Source: Diadema antillarum (taxonomy: Eukaryota). From it: 64,000 bases of DNA. Where the stretch lies: assembly GCF_040938485.1 (NCBI RefSeq), contig NW_027271721.1:124001-188000 (forward strand). Direction: 5' to 3'. A program made the position numbers and the translations under genes. Below, piece after piece: positions 13,642-27,057 of this stretch; position 1 is the stretch's first letter, and each line of letters opens with the position of its first letter. The notes beneath the pieces are model-generated. The model saw only the letters and a list, made by a program, of their open reading frames with translations. It was not told where the DNA came from and ran no database searches.

Positions 13642-15388
13642 TGATGGGAAATACCCTGAAACCTATGGTGCATTTGCTACTTTTAGAGTTATTGTCAATG
13701 GGTAAAGTAAAATCCAGCGATAACCCCGAGTGTAAATACAACTGTAGACACTCCTCTTCCCCGTGAAAGATACAACTGAAGTAGTTGTTCGTAAGCAAAC
13801 ATCGAGTTGTAAACTACAGCTGAAGTCAGATTATTCTTCTCGTCACGAGTCTGTACGCTTCAATGCCCGTGGCTTCTCGTGTGGTTGTAAAAGGGCGTGC
13901 AGCAGAACTTACCAAAATCGCAATTACCATTCCAACAACGATTAGCTTTCAAAAAGTCATTTGTTGCCGTTGCATTTACATAACAAGTATTTTTGGATGG
14001 CTTTTAGAATGCTGGTGCTTGGGTCTCGTCTATTCGTGTGAGTCTCTCATCGAGTATTCTTAGGAATTTAGAACAAGTAGGAACTGACAGGTCAAATGAT
14101 TTTTCTTGTTGAAGTCAATTCATTTCAATTCAAATTTAATTGAATCATTTATTATCATTGACATTATAAACCACTTTATTTCGCGCAACAAAAGTGCGTG
14201 CTACTTGACTTGAATTTTCCATATAGTGCTTTCGGTTGATGCATCTATCCAGTAAAACAGAGGGAAAGCCTTTGACTCACATACATTCCTATTTTTGAAT
14301 ACAACTTAGCATGCATGGGCCTTCAGCAGCAAACTCATATTTTTTTTCCAAGCACAAATTCATACCAGGAATCTACAGACGACGAGCCATTTCCTTGCGC
14401 AGCACCTGGTTACCCGGAAAACGCCAAATACCCACACGTAGAAGGTAGACCTAAAGTTAACCCATTGGTGAAGGGGGTCGCGTGTGTCATGTGCAAAATC
14501 TACGGTAGATCAACGCATCTTAGAGGAAACGGCTTAACTGTAGTGCTGTGAAATTTTACAGAATTGGTCGAACGCATTAAGTTTGCAGTCACTCTACTTC
14601 TCTCCTCTCCGCTCTGTGAGCATGTAATCTAATGAATAGGTGAATGATAATGTGATTAGAGTGAAAAATATGTGATAAGTCAAAAGGAAGGATGTCGTAC
14701 AGGCTTCAGAGAAATGGGGGATTAACTTCTAGCTTGTCAGACAAAGACTATTATCTGATGATGGTAATGCGTTCAGTTGTCATAAAGGGGTACAGCCAAA
14801 CCAGGATTTAATGTCTAATCTGTACGAGAGACTTCAGGGTCTTCCTTATGTTGGAAAAAGGAATAGTTTCGCTCAAGAATCATTGTACGTATACTAGTAG
14901 TCTCTGCATGAGTTAGCCTGACTTACAGCGACTGAGATGTGTATAGTTATGCATGATTGTGAATTTGTGATACAATGAACGACTTTTTGAGCAAGTGGAT
15001 CTGAACATACGAATCTCAGATTTTAGAAGTATGAGGTCAGCATAATAACGAGAAAGTGTAATGTAAAAGTGGTCGTGCAAAAAATGGGGAGGGGTAAATC
15101 AAGCAATCAACAGTGGAATTTTTTCTTCAGACAGGAAAATGATAAAGTTTTAAGAGCTTCATAATTATGTGTTATCCCAGGAACATACAAGTTACATGAA
15201 GCAATGAAATTGTCGTCAATGTCTAACTAAAATGAACTAATATCTAGTTATATGCAATTGATAACCACAAATGCCAACGGCCTTATTTACAATGTTGAAA
15301 TTGATTATACATGTACCTGTCTGGCGGAAATCCGCCTTTCCAAGTTTGGCTTTTTGACCAAATCAGCTAGTATTTTGATTGTTGTTAA

Positions 15389-15775
15389 AGGGATGATACA
15401 GTTTCGGTTGAGATAGGGCTGAGAGTTTCCAACGATTTCTTTTAAATGGTTATTTAATTAATAATGAGAAATATGAAAGAGCATAATAATTCTAAGAGAA
15501 ATTCAAAATTTATTTGTGAAAATTGGTTTTGAAACGGCTGGGATATCCAAAACAGAGCAATCCTGATAAAAGGTCGGATCCACCTTTTATTTGTATCACT
15601 TTGTTTTACTTTGTCTTTGGATATCTCAACCATTTCAAAACCGATTTTCATCATATAATCTTTGAATTCCTTTAGAATTGTGTGGTCTTTGACAATTCAT
15701 AAAGTGGTTTCTAAGTATGATACATGTATAGGAAAACGCTGAAAGCTGAATCCTCCACCAATACTGAACATCCCT
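15389..15775. mobile_element. Kolobok-like non-autonomous DNA transposon (MITE)
   Basis: TTAA on both sides (15385-88, 15776-79); termini AGGGATGATACAGT and ACTGAACATCCCT are imperfect inverted repeats beginning with purines; no ORF. Confidence 0.7.
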
Positions 15776-18700
15776 TTAAGTGAGGTAGGCCTAGCGATTA
15801 CGAGCAGTGTGCATCCTTTCATAAACACGATTTTTTTTTTAGGTGGGGGGGGGGGGTGGGGAGGTGGAAAGTTCTCTGTTCAAGCACTCCCTTAAAAAGA
15901 TAAAAGATGTTGATTTATCGCCAACTTCAACCATGTTTATACACATTTCAGTCAAGACTTTGCTTTGATGTTGACCCTTGACGGAGTTGGACGCAATGAT
16001 TGACAAAGGAAAATTTTCGTGGTTTGGTGACTAGCGCCCTCATCTCAACCCCACTCCACTCCCCCCTTTCCCTACCCTGATCCCAGACACAGTACTTTAT
16101 TTGTCATGAAGCTTACGGTAGTTCCACTTCATGTGGATCTTCTGACTCTCCAGTTCTTGATATTTGGAACAACATTGACAGTAATGATCGAATCACTCTG
16201 AAATGTAATCTTACAATAATGATGTACCTTGCTGTTCTACGGAGTCCATGGTTACAAACCTATGAGGACTAAAGTTTACTGAATGCTTCACTCTCAATAG
16301 ACATGTCAACAGGTGGATATATTAAAACAAGAATCGAGATTTAGACTTTTGAAACTGACAGTTTTCAGAACGAATCTGTGTATCTCAGTTTAAGTTTAGT
16401 TTATTTTATATTTAATCGTGGCAATTTGCTTCAGCAAAGCTGTTCTTCTACAACAAAGAATAGCTCGAAGGATAGTTAGAAAACTTCTAAGGTGTTATAT
16501 GTTTCGTTTCCGCATGAACATCTTCTTTCATCCTAATCAGATTGTACAGCAATATTCTCTGTTTGAACTCCGGTAATAAGTCCCTTAAGTTACACTGTGC
16601 TAATATAAACTGCATACACACATTGAATGAATTAATCCAGCAACAAAAACAATAATAACGAAAAGTCCTTTAGATTTTCAGGGACAATAATTATCCAGCC
16701 CCTAGACTGGATGGCTTTTCTATAGAGTCATTCACCCTCACTATAACATATCACTAATTTTCATCTTCGTTATTATCATTGGTTGTTTTGATAACATCAA
16801 ATTGGTACAGCAAATGTACGAAAAGCCTGGAAATATCCACTTTTCTTCCGCAGGTGCATGCAGACCAGTAAGTGTACGGCCATTTGTTCATGGCCCATGC
16901 GACACAGACAACCATGTAAGGCCTATCAAGAAGTGTGTGCTAGTCCCCTGGGCCTGGTGACTTGCTTGACAAATAGTGTGAACCTAGGAGATCAAGCGTT
17001 AGGTGGCATTCGCCATATAAGGGTGGGCATTGTGTCCCGCTGAATGTCCTCCGACCTTTTGTTGTACAGAGGTGACTAATCGTGTCACATCCCCAAAAGA
17101 AGCCGGGCTAGGACATCTACTCTATGCGGAGCAAGAGGCTGTCCTTCGAACTCTTTACTAAATTCGGAGAATATTTTGAATCCGTGACCGAGGCCAAGCG
17201 AACACACACGGACCGTGAATCAACGTGCAAGAAATTCACAAATGATTTTTTTTCTTTTTTTTTTTAATACGCACCTTGGTACATGTATTACCGTGATTAC
17301 TTAGGTATCAAGAAGTAAGTGCTTGAGGATGAGGACCATGTATCGAAACGCTGCCTTGAACACGCCATTATAATGGACACATAAGCTCCTGGCCGATGAC
17401 TGTTGAGACTAATGCAAAACAGGAATGAACCAATCCAAATGCGTGGATGAAAAAGTGATAGAAATGTGTCTGATTAACAAGTTCACATGGCAAATGACGG
17501 TACGGGTGCTTAAATTCATCTTTGTTTTCAAACCACAATTTGGTATGTACATGGTCGCGTAGTATTTTGAACGTTGACTTTGTGACAGGCCTAACATTCA
17601 GCTAATACCCAAACATTCATTCTTATGTCATTAATATTTCTTCAAACCCCAGGGACGACCAAAGAAAAGAATGATGTCATCTCTATAAATTCACACTAAC
17701 AAAAGATAGCGCGTGACAGCTCAGTATTGGGTCCTCAACACTTGGGCGGGAAATTAAGCAGGAAAGATTATCACACAATGGCGCCACTCTTGCAGATCCC
17801 TGCCTGCGTCGAAACCAGTTGCTAATGGCAACGCTCGTAACACTTTCATCATCACCACACTCGCTATACCTCGTACCCTATACATGAGCCACTGAGAGAT
17901 TCCGCCATTCACCTGGCACGAAGGAATATCAACAGCAATACTGTAATATAAAACGGGCGTGTGCGAGGAATGAAATGAGCACACCGTGTGTTTCTACAGT
18001 ACTGGAAACTATATTGATATCTAAATGTGTTATGAACGTATGAAAATTAAATTTGGTTCGACGTATTGGTCAGAACTGCGAGCGCTCGGGGTTTGGATGA
18101 TAATTTTTCCATTGCAGCCTACAAGAAGGGAGAGAACGACTGTTTGCTAATCCCAGGGGTGTTTTGGGTGTGGCTCATATGTCTAGTGTTCTTCACTTCG
18201 GCTGGAGCACAAGGCACAAAACAAACACATAGTACGCATGCAATATTACAGGTCAGCTGTAGGGCTGCTGGTATTAAAAAAGAAAGCGTCGTTTGAATGA
18301 GTCATCGGCTGAATGCTACTTTCTCCCCTCTCCCCTTCTCTCCTCTCTCTTTTACTCCCCGTCTGCTCGTGCCATTGTTTGTATTGTCTTCAGTGATGTC
18401 AGAAAAGCAAATGTGGGCGTTAACCGCTGACCGCATTCATTAGGAATTCAGACGCATTAATCTTGTCGGGGTTCGGAAGCTAGATGATACGTCCAATTAA
18501 AAAATAAACACAAAAGAATGAGGCAAGGGACCAGCATGGAAAACTGTGCCTGATTTCATTTTTGCTAAATGCCGTTCAAACAGCTGCAGCAGTTACGAGG
18601 TGTCGAGTTGAAGGTCATGATTTTGTTGTATTTTACTGTACACACAATGATTATGATACCCGTAGTACAATGTATCTCTTTTTGCTTTAGACGACGGACG

Positions 18701-21253
18701 TCTTTGCAATGTCTCTTGCTCACACACACACACACAAACACATACATGCTGACACCGTCTGTAGTTTTGATGAAGCACTTTGATACCAGTTTGCCAGTTT
18801 AACTTTAAAGTATATAATGAAACATAGCTGGACATCTTATAATACACACAGCGATAATGACTATTATTAAAAACTAACAACACTAAGGCCCATTTTTGAA
18901 AAACATTTTCCCATTTAAACGAATATAATCTTAATCATAACACACACATTCTCTCTCCATCTATCAGTCTATCTATCTCTCTCTGTTTTGATTTTTATTT
19001 TGGTATTTTCACGCATGTCTGCTAATCATGTCTGCATAATGTCTGCTAATCTCAGGGGAGCTGTATCAAGAAACAAATGTCATGGAACCTTTCAATTACC
19101 TGTATACTTTGAAGCTTCTCTGAATATTAACTAAGGATTTAATCTTTCAGAGGGGGAAATGCCCTAATTGTTGACTGATGATCATGGTGATGATACCACC
19201 CCCTCCTTTTGATTGTATGACATTTGTCATGTGTCTGGAAGTCCTTTCAATATAGCGCGCCTCCTACTGCTGAGATGGGGAAATAGTATAATAGAGAGGT
19301 TTCTTCCAGACAATATGTCGTGATGTCATGGTTGTAGTTCTCACCCATATATAGGTATCCACAGACAGAGCTTGACTTTCCGAACAATAGGCGTCACCTT
19401 TAATTGTTGCCGGTCACCATGCCAATTCTTACTCTTATTAACAGCATTCGTGGACCGACGAACGATGGAAGCTTCATATTAGGAGGGGAGGGTTGATGGA
19501 GTCTCAGCTATTTTGTCTCTACATGCGGGATGAATAAAGATTTATTAAGTCTCATAAGATGCATACTCATTTGCAATACCAGTTACATGTGTAAGTCTAC
19601 TTTATGGAATTGGGTCAGGTATAGCTAATCGGAAGCGCTGCAATAAATCGAATGTGTTCTCTTTTTTTCGCTATTGCACGGTAATGCAAAACGTTTGCAA
19701 AACAAAAACAAACAAAACAACAACGTAACTTCTGTGACATAATTATTACCAATAAGCCAGTTCGGGGTTAGCTCATGGGCACATGGGTACACATGACCTT
19801 TATTCTTTCTCAGTTTGCCAGGCACTCCATTAGTTTCAAGCGACAGAAGGCATAAGCTTGCCCAATGTAACAATTTATGGAATTCATCATGCAGTCAGGT
19901 TCAAACAAAGGATGAAGTTGCGAAGAACAGGTGACCAGACTGATCCGCAATAATTAGCACTCTGGAAAGCATCCATTTCATTAGTTTGCAATGAATGTAC
20001 ATTATGTATTAACAATCTTTTTCTGTTGATATTGTTAAATACCGCTTTTGCTGTCAGGTGGATGTGCTGGCAAGCACCACTTATAAGGATCACTTGAATA
20101 ATCATTACGTCACAGATGCTTATCTCAGTGAATCTAACAACCAACATGCTCTGCTGGTACAGGTGACCTTTTTCTGCTCATGCTCAAAGTGGAACCCCGA
20201 ACTGGCTTATTGCTCTCTGCAAATGTGTACAGGTGAGCGCGCGGCGTTAGTGGAGATGCAACACACTCTCGGGTAATGTAATGAGACATCCCATGCACCA
20301 CTGTGAATACTGCGGTATCGTCGATTGCGCTGCATATTCACCAACGCACTTTCTACTGAGTATTATTCGTATAAAATTCGTGCCTTTCTGAAAAGAGGTG
20401 GAACGCAATCCAGGTTGTGTACGCGTTGCTCCATGCGAGTCCTAGATATGTTTCATGTAACGCAGAGAACCTCTAATTGGACAGTCTGGTATAATTGGCA
20501 TATAGGCACACATGTGTCACCCACAACGGGCATCCTTTGTATCTAAAAAAAAAAGGAACAAAAAATACTCCCGAGTTCTCTGCGAGATGTATCGTGGCAA
20601 TTTCACGTGAGATGCCATCCTTTCCAGTCGATATGTTTAGCCGTTTTAAATATCTTATCTCTGTCCCCCATGACGGTAGCACGAAATTTGAGATACAATA
20701 GCCGAAGCTGTTACTCTTACAGCAAAGACTAAGATCAATTATTCTTCTTTATGAATTGTTTGTGATTTGGGGTCATTTATTGAAATACTAGCGTAATTGT
20801 TTATTGATGAATGCAAGACACAATGAGATCTTCCTAGTAAACATGAACAAGGACTTTCATATTTCCTCATGTCGTACGTTTTTTCTCTATGAAATGAACC
20901 TTGTTAATTTATTGACATTTCATAAAAGAACTGTCACAGTGCATCACACACCCAAAAGAAATTAATTTCTATAATGCTGGGTTGGTTGACAAAATTGTCG
21001 GTTAGTAGCGAGAAATGTTATGATGCAACAAGCCATTTTCTCGGACACATTTTACCTCCACTATGTGCTAGAAACGAAGCAACTTATGATATATTGATAT
21101 ATTATCTGAAGGAGGGATCATTGCTATCACATCTCGATATTGAAGTGTTTCATCAAATTAATCGTTTTTCTGTACATCATTGCTAATTTTCACCAGAAGT
21201 ATCTTTTTTTCTCTTTTTTTTTTCTGCAGGCAACAAATCAGAGATTGGCCATC

Positions 21254-23449
21254 ATGGATAACGGGTTAAACAGCACCATATCATGTCCGGTCTGCTTTGA
21301 AGACTACGACACCCCCAAAGCGCTCCCGTGTCTTCACACGTTCTGCCTGAAGTGTCTACAGCGCTGGTCGGCAGAGGGCAGCATCACGTGTCCCTTCTGC
21401 AACCTGGTCCATGACTTACCTCCTGACGGCGTGGCGGGTTTCCCGACCAACTACGCCCTCAGTAAGGTAGTCACCGACCTCAAGTCACCCAAGTTCCATG
21501 AAGTGATGAGCCAGAAGTTTAAATTCGAGGAGGTGGAGGACATCGTCAGGCGAGAGGTCAATAATCTGAAACACCTTGTTGACGTTGTTCATGTTCCTCT
21601 TCTGCAGAGCATTGCCAGGTTGAAGAAGGGCGCTAGCGTTCAAGAAAAAGACAGTGTACTGCTCGTGAAGGATCTCTACAACAGCGTCATCGCCCATGCA
21701 GAAAAGGAGAAGGAGAAGCATATCAAACGTATTCAGATGAATACGGCGGATTCAGTGAGATACTTCGATGATGCACAGACTAGTATCCTCAAGGAGAAAG
21801 GTAAAATTGAATCTTTCTGTCGCAAAGCTGAGCGCCGGACGTACGAAGAACGCGACAAGATGGACCTTAACAGTTTCCTTACTGATTCTGCAGAGTACAA
21901 CCGATCAGGGCGTAGAATGGCCACCGATCATTCACTCCTCATGTGGAGTCACGTAGATGTCGTCGAGGGAAAGGAACAGGTGCGTCTCATTCATTCGAGT
22001 CTCGGAGGTGTCATCCGTGCCCAGACTACCAAGCGATCGCACCGTCCTCGCATTGGCACCATGGAGGTTGGTAAGGGGCGCAGAGAGGCAGCCAATAAGA
22101 GGGAGAGGAGTAAGAGTGAACCCAACCCCGATGCCATCAACACTGCTTGCCTACCCAGGGTCGATAGGGGGAAATTAAGTGATCCGGTCAGAAATGTGGT
22201 GGATATAGTTCTCCAAAGGTTCCGCAACAATAAGTCGCAAGCTGAACGATTACATGATACGAGCCCTCCTCAACAGTCCACCAAAAGACGGCCTCAATTT
22301 AGTCCTACGACGTCTGTGAAAAGGAACACAGTCAACGGACCACCTCCTTATCGCAGCCACCCAGACATGAGGCGGTACACGTCTGACGAAGAACCGCTGG
22401 TCATACGCACATCTCAAAGTAATCACTCACCGCCTCATAGATCAGAGAGCAGCAAATCAAACATCTCAGGTAACAGCAACAGCTCAGGCACATCGTCCAT
22501 CCCTGGTCCACCCAAACCTCCACGGAGTCCCTCTACGCCGGCTTTCCGATCACCATGTGGTATCGCGATTTCCAGTGACGGTCAATTGTTGATAGCAGAG
22601 CGCAATCCTGGTTTGATTCGCCTGACATATCCTAGAAGTCTACGAATGAAGAGGCAAATCAACCCATTTATGGGCCACGCGGACGAGGCAAAGGCGCATG
22701 CCCTCTTCGACCTTACAATACTGCCTACTGGTGATATCGCCGTTACCGATTCGAATGTCAAAAAAGTAATCTTTTTGCAGAAAGCCAACAACTACGCTGC
22801 TCCCCAGCAAATCTGGATGCCGCACGATATGGTGCCCAGGGGAATAACCAGTGACGGCTCGTGCATCTACATCGGCGACGCGGGCAATGGGTGCATCCAG
22901 GTCTACACACACACGGGCAAGCACTGCAGTAGCATTGAACTGGACAATCTCACCCAGGGCGTATCCACCGCGGTATCGAAAGTGTGTCCGCAGTCTGTTG
23001 CCGTTAGTCCAGGAGGACATATCCTGGTGAGCGACATCATCAATCGTTGTCTTTATCTCGTCCTACGCACAGGCGAGATCAGTGGACACCCGATGAGGTT
23101 TAGACAACTCAATGGCATTCGCTGTTCATCCTCGCCAGCTCAGGCGGTCCCTCGTGGAGTCTGCTGGTTGGACGACAGATGCGCATTCATCGTAGAGGAG
23201 ATCAGCCAAGAGATACTCCTCGTCAATGTCGGGTCAATGGAACTCATCCGGGTCATCAGGAGACGCGAGTTTTCTTCCATACAGGGTTTGATCGTCGACA
23301 AGGCGGGTGATGTGATCGTTACCGACATCGGAAATAACAGAGTCCACGTGGTGTCTAGGTCAGAGTACATCTCGAATGGTAGAGGGGTGGGCTTGATGAA
23401 GCGCTCAAAGAGCCTCAGCGGAGAAGAAAGATTGAGCACACTGGTCTGA
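21254..23449 (+). CDS. TRIM-NHL-like E3 ligase: C3HC4 RING, coiled coil, S/P/R-rich linker, six NHL blades, no B-box (731 aa)
   Basis: Acceptor ttttctgcag at 21229, then gccatcATGG. RING CPVCFEDYDTPKALPCLHTFCLKCLQRWSAEGSITCPFC; NHL blades such as SPCGIAISSDGQLLIAE, PRGITSDGSCIYIGDAGNGCIQVY, PQSVAVSPGGHILVSD, IQGLIVDKAGDVIVTDIGNNRVHV. The first 38 aa of the track ORF are intron. Confidence 0.92.
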   Translation: MDNGLNSTISCPVCFEDYDTPKALPCLHTFCLKCLQRWSAEGSITCPFCNLVHDLPPDGVAGFPTNYALSKVVTDLKSPKFHEVMSQKFKFEEVEDIVRREVNNLKHLVDVVHVPLLQSIARLKKGASVQEKDSVLLVKDLYNSVIAHAEKEKEKHIKRIQMNTADSVRYFDDAQTSILKEKGKIESFCRKAERRTYEERDKMDLNSFLTDSAEYNRSGRRMATDHSLLMWSHVDVVEGKEQVRLIHSSLGGVIRAQTTKRSHRPRIGTMEVGKGRREAANKRERSKSEPNPDAINTACLPRVDRGKLSDPVRNVVDIVLQRFRNNKSQAERLHDTSPPQQSTKRRPQFSPTTSVKRNTVNGPPPYRSHPDMRRYTSDEEPLVIRTSQSNHSPPHRSESSKSNISGNSNSSGTSSIPGPPKPPRSPSTPAFRSPCGIAISSDGQLLIAERNPGLIRLTYPRSLRMKRQINPFMGHADEAKAHALFDLTILPTGDIAVTDSNVKKVIFLQKANNYAAPQQIWMPHDMVPRGITSDGSCIYIGDAGNGCIQVYTHTGKHCSSIELDNLTQGVSTAVSKVCPQSVAVSPGGHILVSDIINRCLYLVLRTGEISGHPMRFRQLNGIRCSSSPAQAVPRGVCWLDDRCAFIVEEISQEILLVNVGSMELIRVIRRREFSSIQGLIVDKAGDVIVTDIGNNRVHVVSRSEYISNGRGVGLMKRSKSLSGEERLSTLV

Positions 23450-24160
23450 CGGGCTCTTTTTTGTGCTCAATTGCATATTATGGAGCAAAAACATACCCAC
23501 TGTGTTAGTCATGGAGGCATATGAACACTCCCAAAAGGCTATTGAATACATTGGGATTTTGGGAATGTGTTAAACGAATACACATCAGTCTTCCTCAACC
23601 TCTATCCGATGACAACAAATCATTTATAATGACATCATTGAATGAATTAGATACTCTTGGACGCGCACACTAATAGCCACAAACGTTTCTTATCCTTCTT
23701 CCTGATCTCTGGCAGACGACTTGCATTTTTGATCATGTGACTGATTTTGTCAGCGCTCTTGGTAATTATGAAGCCATGTTTTCGAGATGGATGAGTTATT
23801 TGTATCATACACTGTAGTAATTTGATTGGTGTTGCGCAGGTTCAGTTTCCAGCCTTAATGAAACATTTTTGCTGATGTTGGTATGATGACTGATGGCTGA
23901 TGACGGTTATGTATTCGAATGATTGGACATGGTTCTGTAATAGTCATGTGATGCTAATGAGGTGAGGAGCCAGGCTTTGATCTGCCGAGTCCTTGGGGAC
24001 TTTTTTGTTTTTGTTCTTTTTGTAAAGAGTTTGGCACGTTCATCAGTCGTATTATAATGATGTTTATCCATATCCTCGCACGTTTTTTTTTTTTTTCAGA
24101 GCCATTTACCAAACTGATCGATTACAGTACGGAATACTTCATCCTCCTTTCCATCTCATC

Positions 24161-24307
24161 AGCGAGCTTTAGATCTGCGACGCGAAGCCTAAGACGACGT
24201 TAATTAGGCAAAAATTGATGTTTGCACATGCATGAGACAGCTGTTTACCTTTCACTCGGAAGGAAGTTTCTATACTTAGCGTTCGCGTCGCAGATCTTAA
24301 TCTCGCT
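24161..24307. mobile_element. ~147-bp MITE-like element with 33-bp terminal inverted repeats
   Basis: AGCGAGCTTTAGATCTGCGACGCGAAGCCTAAG versus reverse complement of the right end AGCGAGATTAAGATCTGCGACGCGAACGCTAAG (4 mismatches); no clean TSD. Confidence 0.65.
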
Positions 24308-26728
24308 ATTGTAATGTGCCGTGCGGATTAGGTATTAGGGGGTAGAGTATCTGAATCGCCAGCTGAGAATGCAAAAAATGTTCCAGTGGAAAATGAAATT
24401 TTAAATTTCTCGATGCACTGTATAGCTATATATGTCACCATTATGTGCTGTGATGTGGTGAATGATCTAACTGTTGAGATGCAGGATAAAACCTACATTT
24501 CGTAAGTTTCATGCACTATGTATCTGTTACTATAACAGCAATTTTCGTGTACATTCCACACTTGTGCATTATATGGATTAGTGTTCTGCAGATATGTTTT
24601 GTTCTTAACGATATTGAATAAGAATTTTCTCCTCGATCAAAACGATCAACACCACTTTTGTAATACACATACATTGCATGTACATGTACATGTTAATAAG
24701 ATGAGCAAATCAATGCCTTGTAGCCTTCCCGTAAGTCAGGAGTCAACTGTGTTAAGATTTTTTCTTAACACTTTCGCTGGAGGTTTGATGTAACCTTCCA
24801 GCATTATGACATGGCCGTCTACCTGGTTGTGTCGCATGTACAAATGTATTTGTGTCATGCCGTAGATCCGGGCAGCGGAGCAACGAGTTGAACTAGTTTT
24901 CGAAAGACTGGTATACAATGTATTGCATTTCAACCAAAGATGGCGCTCTGCAAAAGGCGTACGAACGGCTGCATTGAGTGTCTATAAATGATGCCGTTTT
25001 CTACTTTCATTATGGACATTACGGGCTTTAGTCCACAGGCTTCACGGCTATGCAACAACCATTACCATCATTAACGAATCTTCCCCTCTCCTTGGATATT
25101 TGCAAGTGCATCATGAGTGACTCAATAATGTTCTGCTATGTATTAGCATCTGCGGACTTAAGCAACCTGGAAGTGAATTTTGAATTCTCTGTAAAGAGAT
25201 AGTGGAATGTGCTGAAAGGGTCAGAACAATCATACAAAATGTAGATACAATTGTATTTTCATTGATTATCGGTACAGCACACTCGTATCTTGCAACTGTA
25301 GAAGACTTGTAAGGTCAAAAACTGCTTAAAGCCATGTAGGATTAGGGCTTATGAATTCGACATATGTCGTTGTTTGCCAGTTTATTTCAGGCGGGGATTT
25401 GTGTGAAACGTGTATACGATTCATGTGGTGCGTTACCACGTTACACGTATAAAGTTGGACATCCTAAAAGAAAGAAAAATGCGCTTAAAGCGACTTCGAC
25501 AATATGACAATTTTCTAACTTTTATATTTATAAAATACTTCCCGTATTTGGCATTGTTCGGAAGGAGAGCAAATTATATAGCAATTTAAAGCCTAGCATC
25601 TAACGAAGTCAAATCTGCCAAAATATAATGTATTATAATATAAATATTTTCCCGACAGATGGCTTTCGTAGTTGCAATTATTGGTGCATATGAAGAGCAA
25701 TGATTTCATCTCGTATCCATCTTCTCTTTTTTTTCAGTCTAAGCGACCACAAATCCAACATGGCCTGAACGTATAGTGTCTAATGTGTCTGCATGCGGAA
25801 ATATGGACAGTTGTGCTAGGGAAAATATCTGAGCAACGCTTTTTAAGTACTTTTTGCTGATTTTTTTTTCTCACAGTATATACAAGCGGAAACTGACTAG
25901 GACAATTCAGATTATCCCGTTGACTAATGAAATACTTTCATCATAATCATTTTAGATTTTTATACTGTTATGCACAGCGGCAGGGCAGCAAGAGGGTTGC
26001 TTCACTCTATACAGTGAAATGAAATCACACATAAACGCGATGCTCTGGATCTTGATTTCGTGACATTCATTGCAAGTTATCATATTATAAGCAAGGGGAG
26101 TTCATGCATTCATTTTATTCATTCTATTTACATTCTAATTATGTGTTAAAGCTCATGATGATCTGACTATCGTATTATTGTGGTAAAATGAGCCTATAAT
26201 GCCTTGATTTTTGTACGTCTGAGATTGTAAATATTGCAAGAAAATTATACATAATGCAGATAACAAAAATAAACTCTTGGTGTTCATATCTTTACTGTCT
26301 TGAGTCTTTTACACAGATTTGATATATATTGTAGTTGTGAATTATTTGAAAATGTTTGTACATGTTATTTGACAGTGGGGGCGCACTTGCTAAACAAACA
26401 AAAACCCTTCATGTTATAAGTACATGTGTACACGTTTCCAAACAGAGCGCAAAAGAGTTGAAAATTGACCAAAATGTGACCTGAAAGAATGGAAGCCACA
26501 CTTTTTTGATATTTTGAAAATCTCCCTAGGTCATTATCAATTCTGCGACACAATACAACTGCGACAAGTACACATTTCACTTTACACAATCGGGTTAGAC
26601 CGTAAAAACTTAGAAGTAATTTTAAAACTTTTGAAATTTGTGTTTAAAACCAATGTAGAATTGTCTACTCGTTGGACCCAAATTGACTATCGCACTTCGG
26701 AGAAAACTGCTTTGAAAAAAAAAGAAGA

Positions 26729-26767
<39 letters not shown>

Positions 26768-27057
26768 CCTACAATGAATTCCTTTTTTTTAGGTCCGAAT
26801 TTGTTGAAAGATGACAAACTTCTGCGTTTGAAACATTACCATATGATAATAGTATGAGATGCAGAATTGTACATATGCGCATATGACATTATCTATCAAT
26901 CAAGCTATCTATCTATATATATATATATACATATACATATACATACATCAAGAATAAAAACATACGAGTCAAATATCAAAGTAAGTCTGAACATAAGAAA
27001 TAGATGCAAGAATCTTTCAAGCTTCTTATATCCATTTTCTATCTTATGTTCAGACTA

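Noticed and set aside
14315-14551. ORF with CVMC and an exon-like acceptor
   Set aside because: No recognisable domain, weak donor and no partner exons.
17013-17022. Perfect CArG box CCATATAAGG
   Set aside because: A few are expected by chance in 64 kb of AT-rich DNA; no clustering or known TSS nearby.
17322-17353. TTGAGGA...GAAACGCT hammerhead-like string
   Set aside because: No U at position 16.1 and no convincing stem II.
20058-20162. 105-nt open, exon-like segment (VDVLASTTYKDHLNNHY...)
   Set aside because: Weak donor (gtgacc), no recognisable homology, and no upstream coding partner identified.
21140-21253. Hydrophobic 38-aa N-terminal extension of the RING-NHL ORF (apparent signal or TM segment)
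   Set aside because: It is the intron polypyrimidine tract; the acceptor at 21229 and Kozak-like ATG at 21254 mark the probable start.
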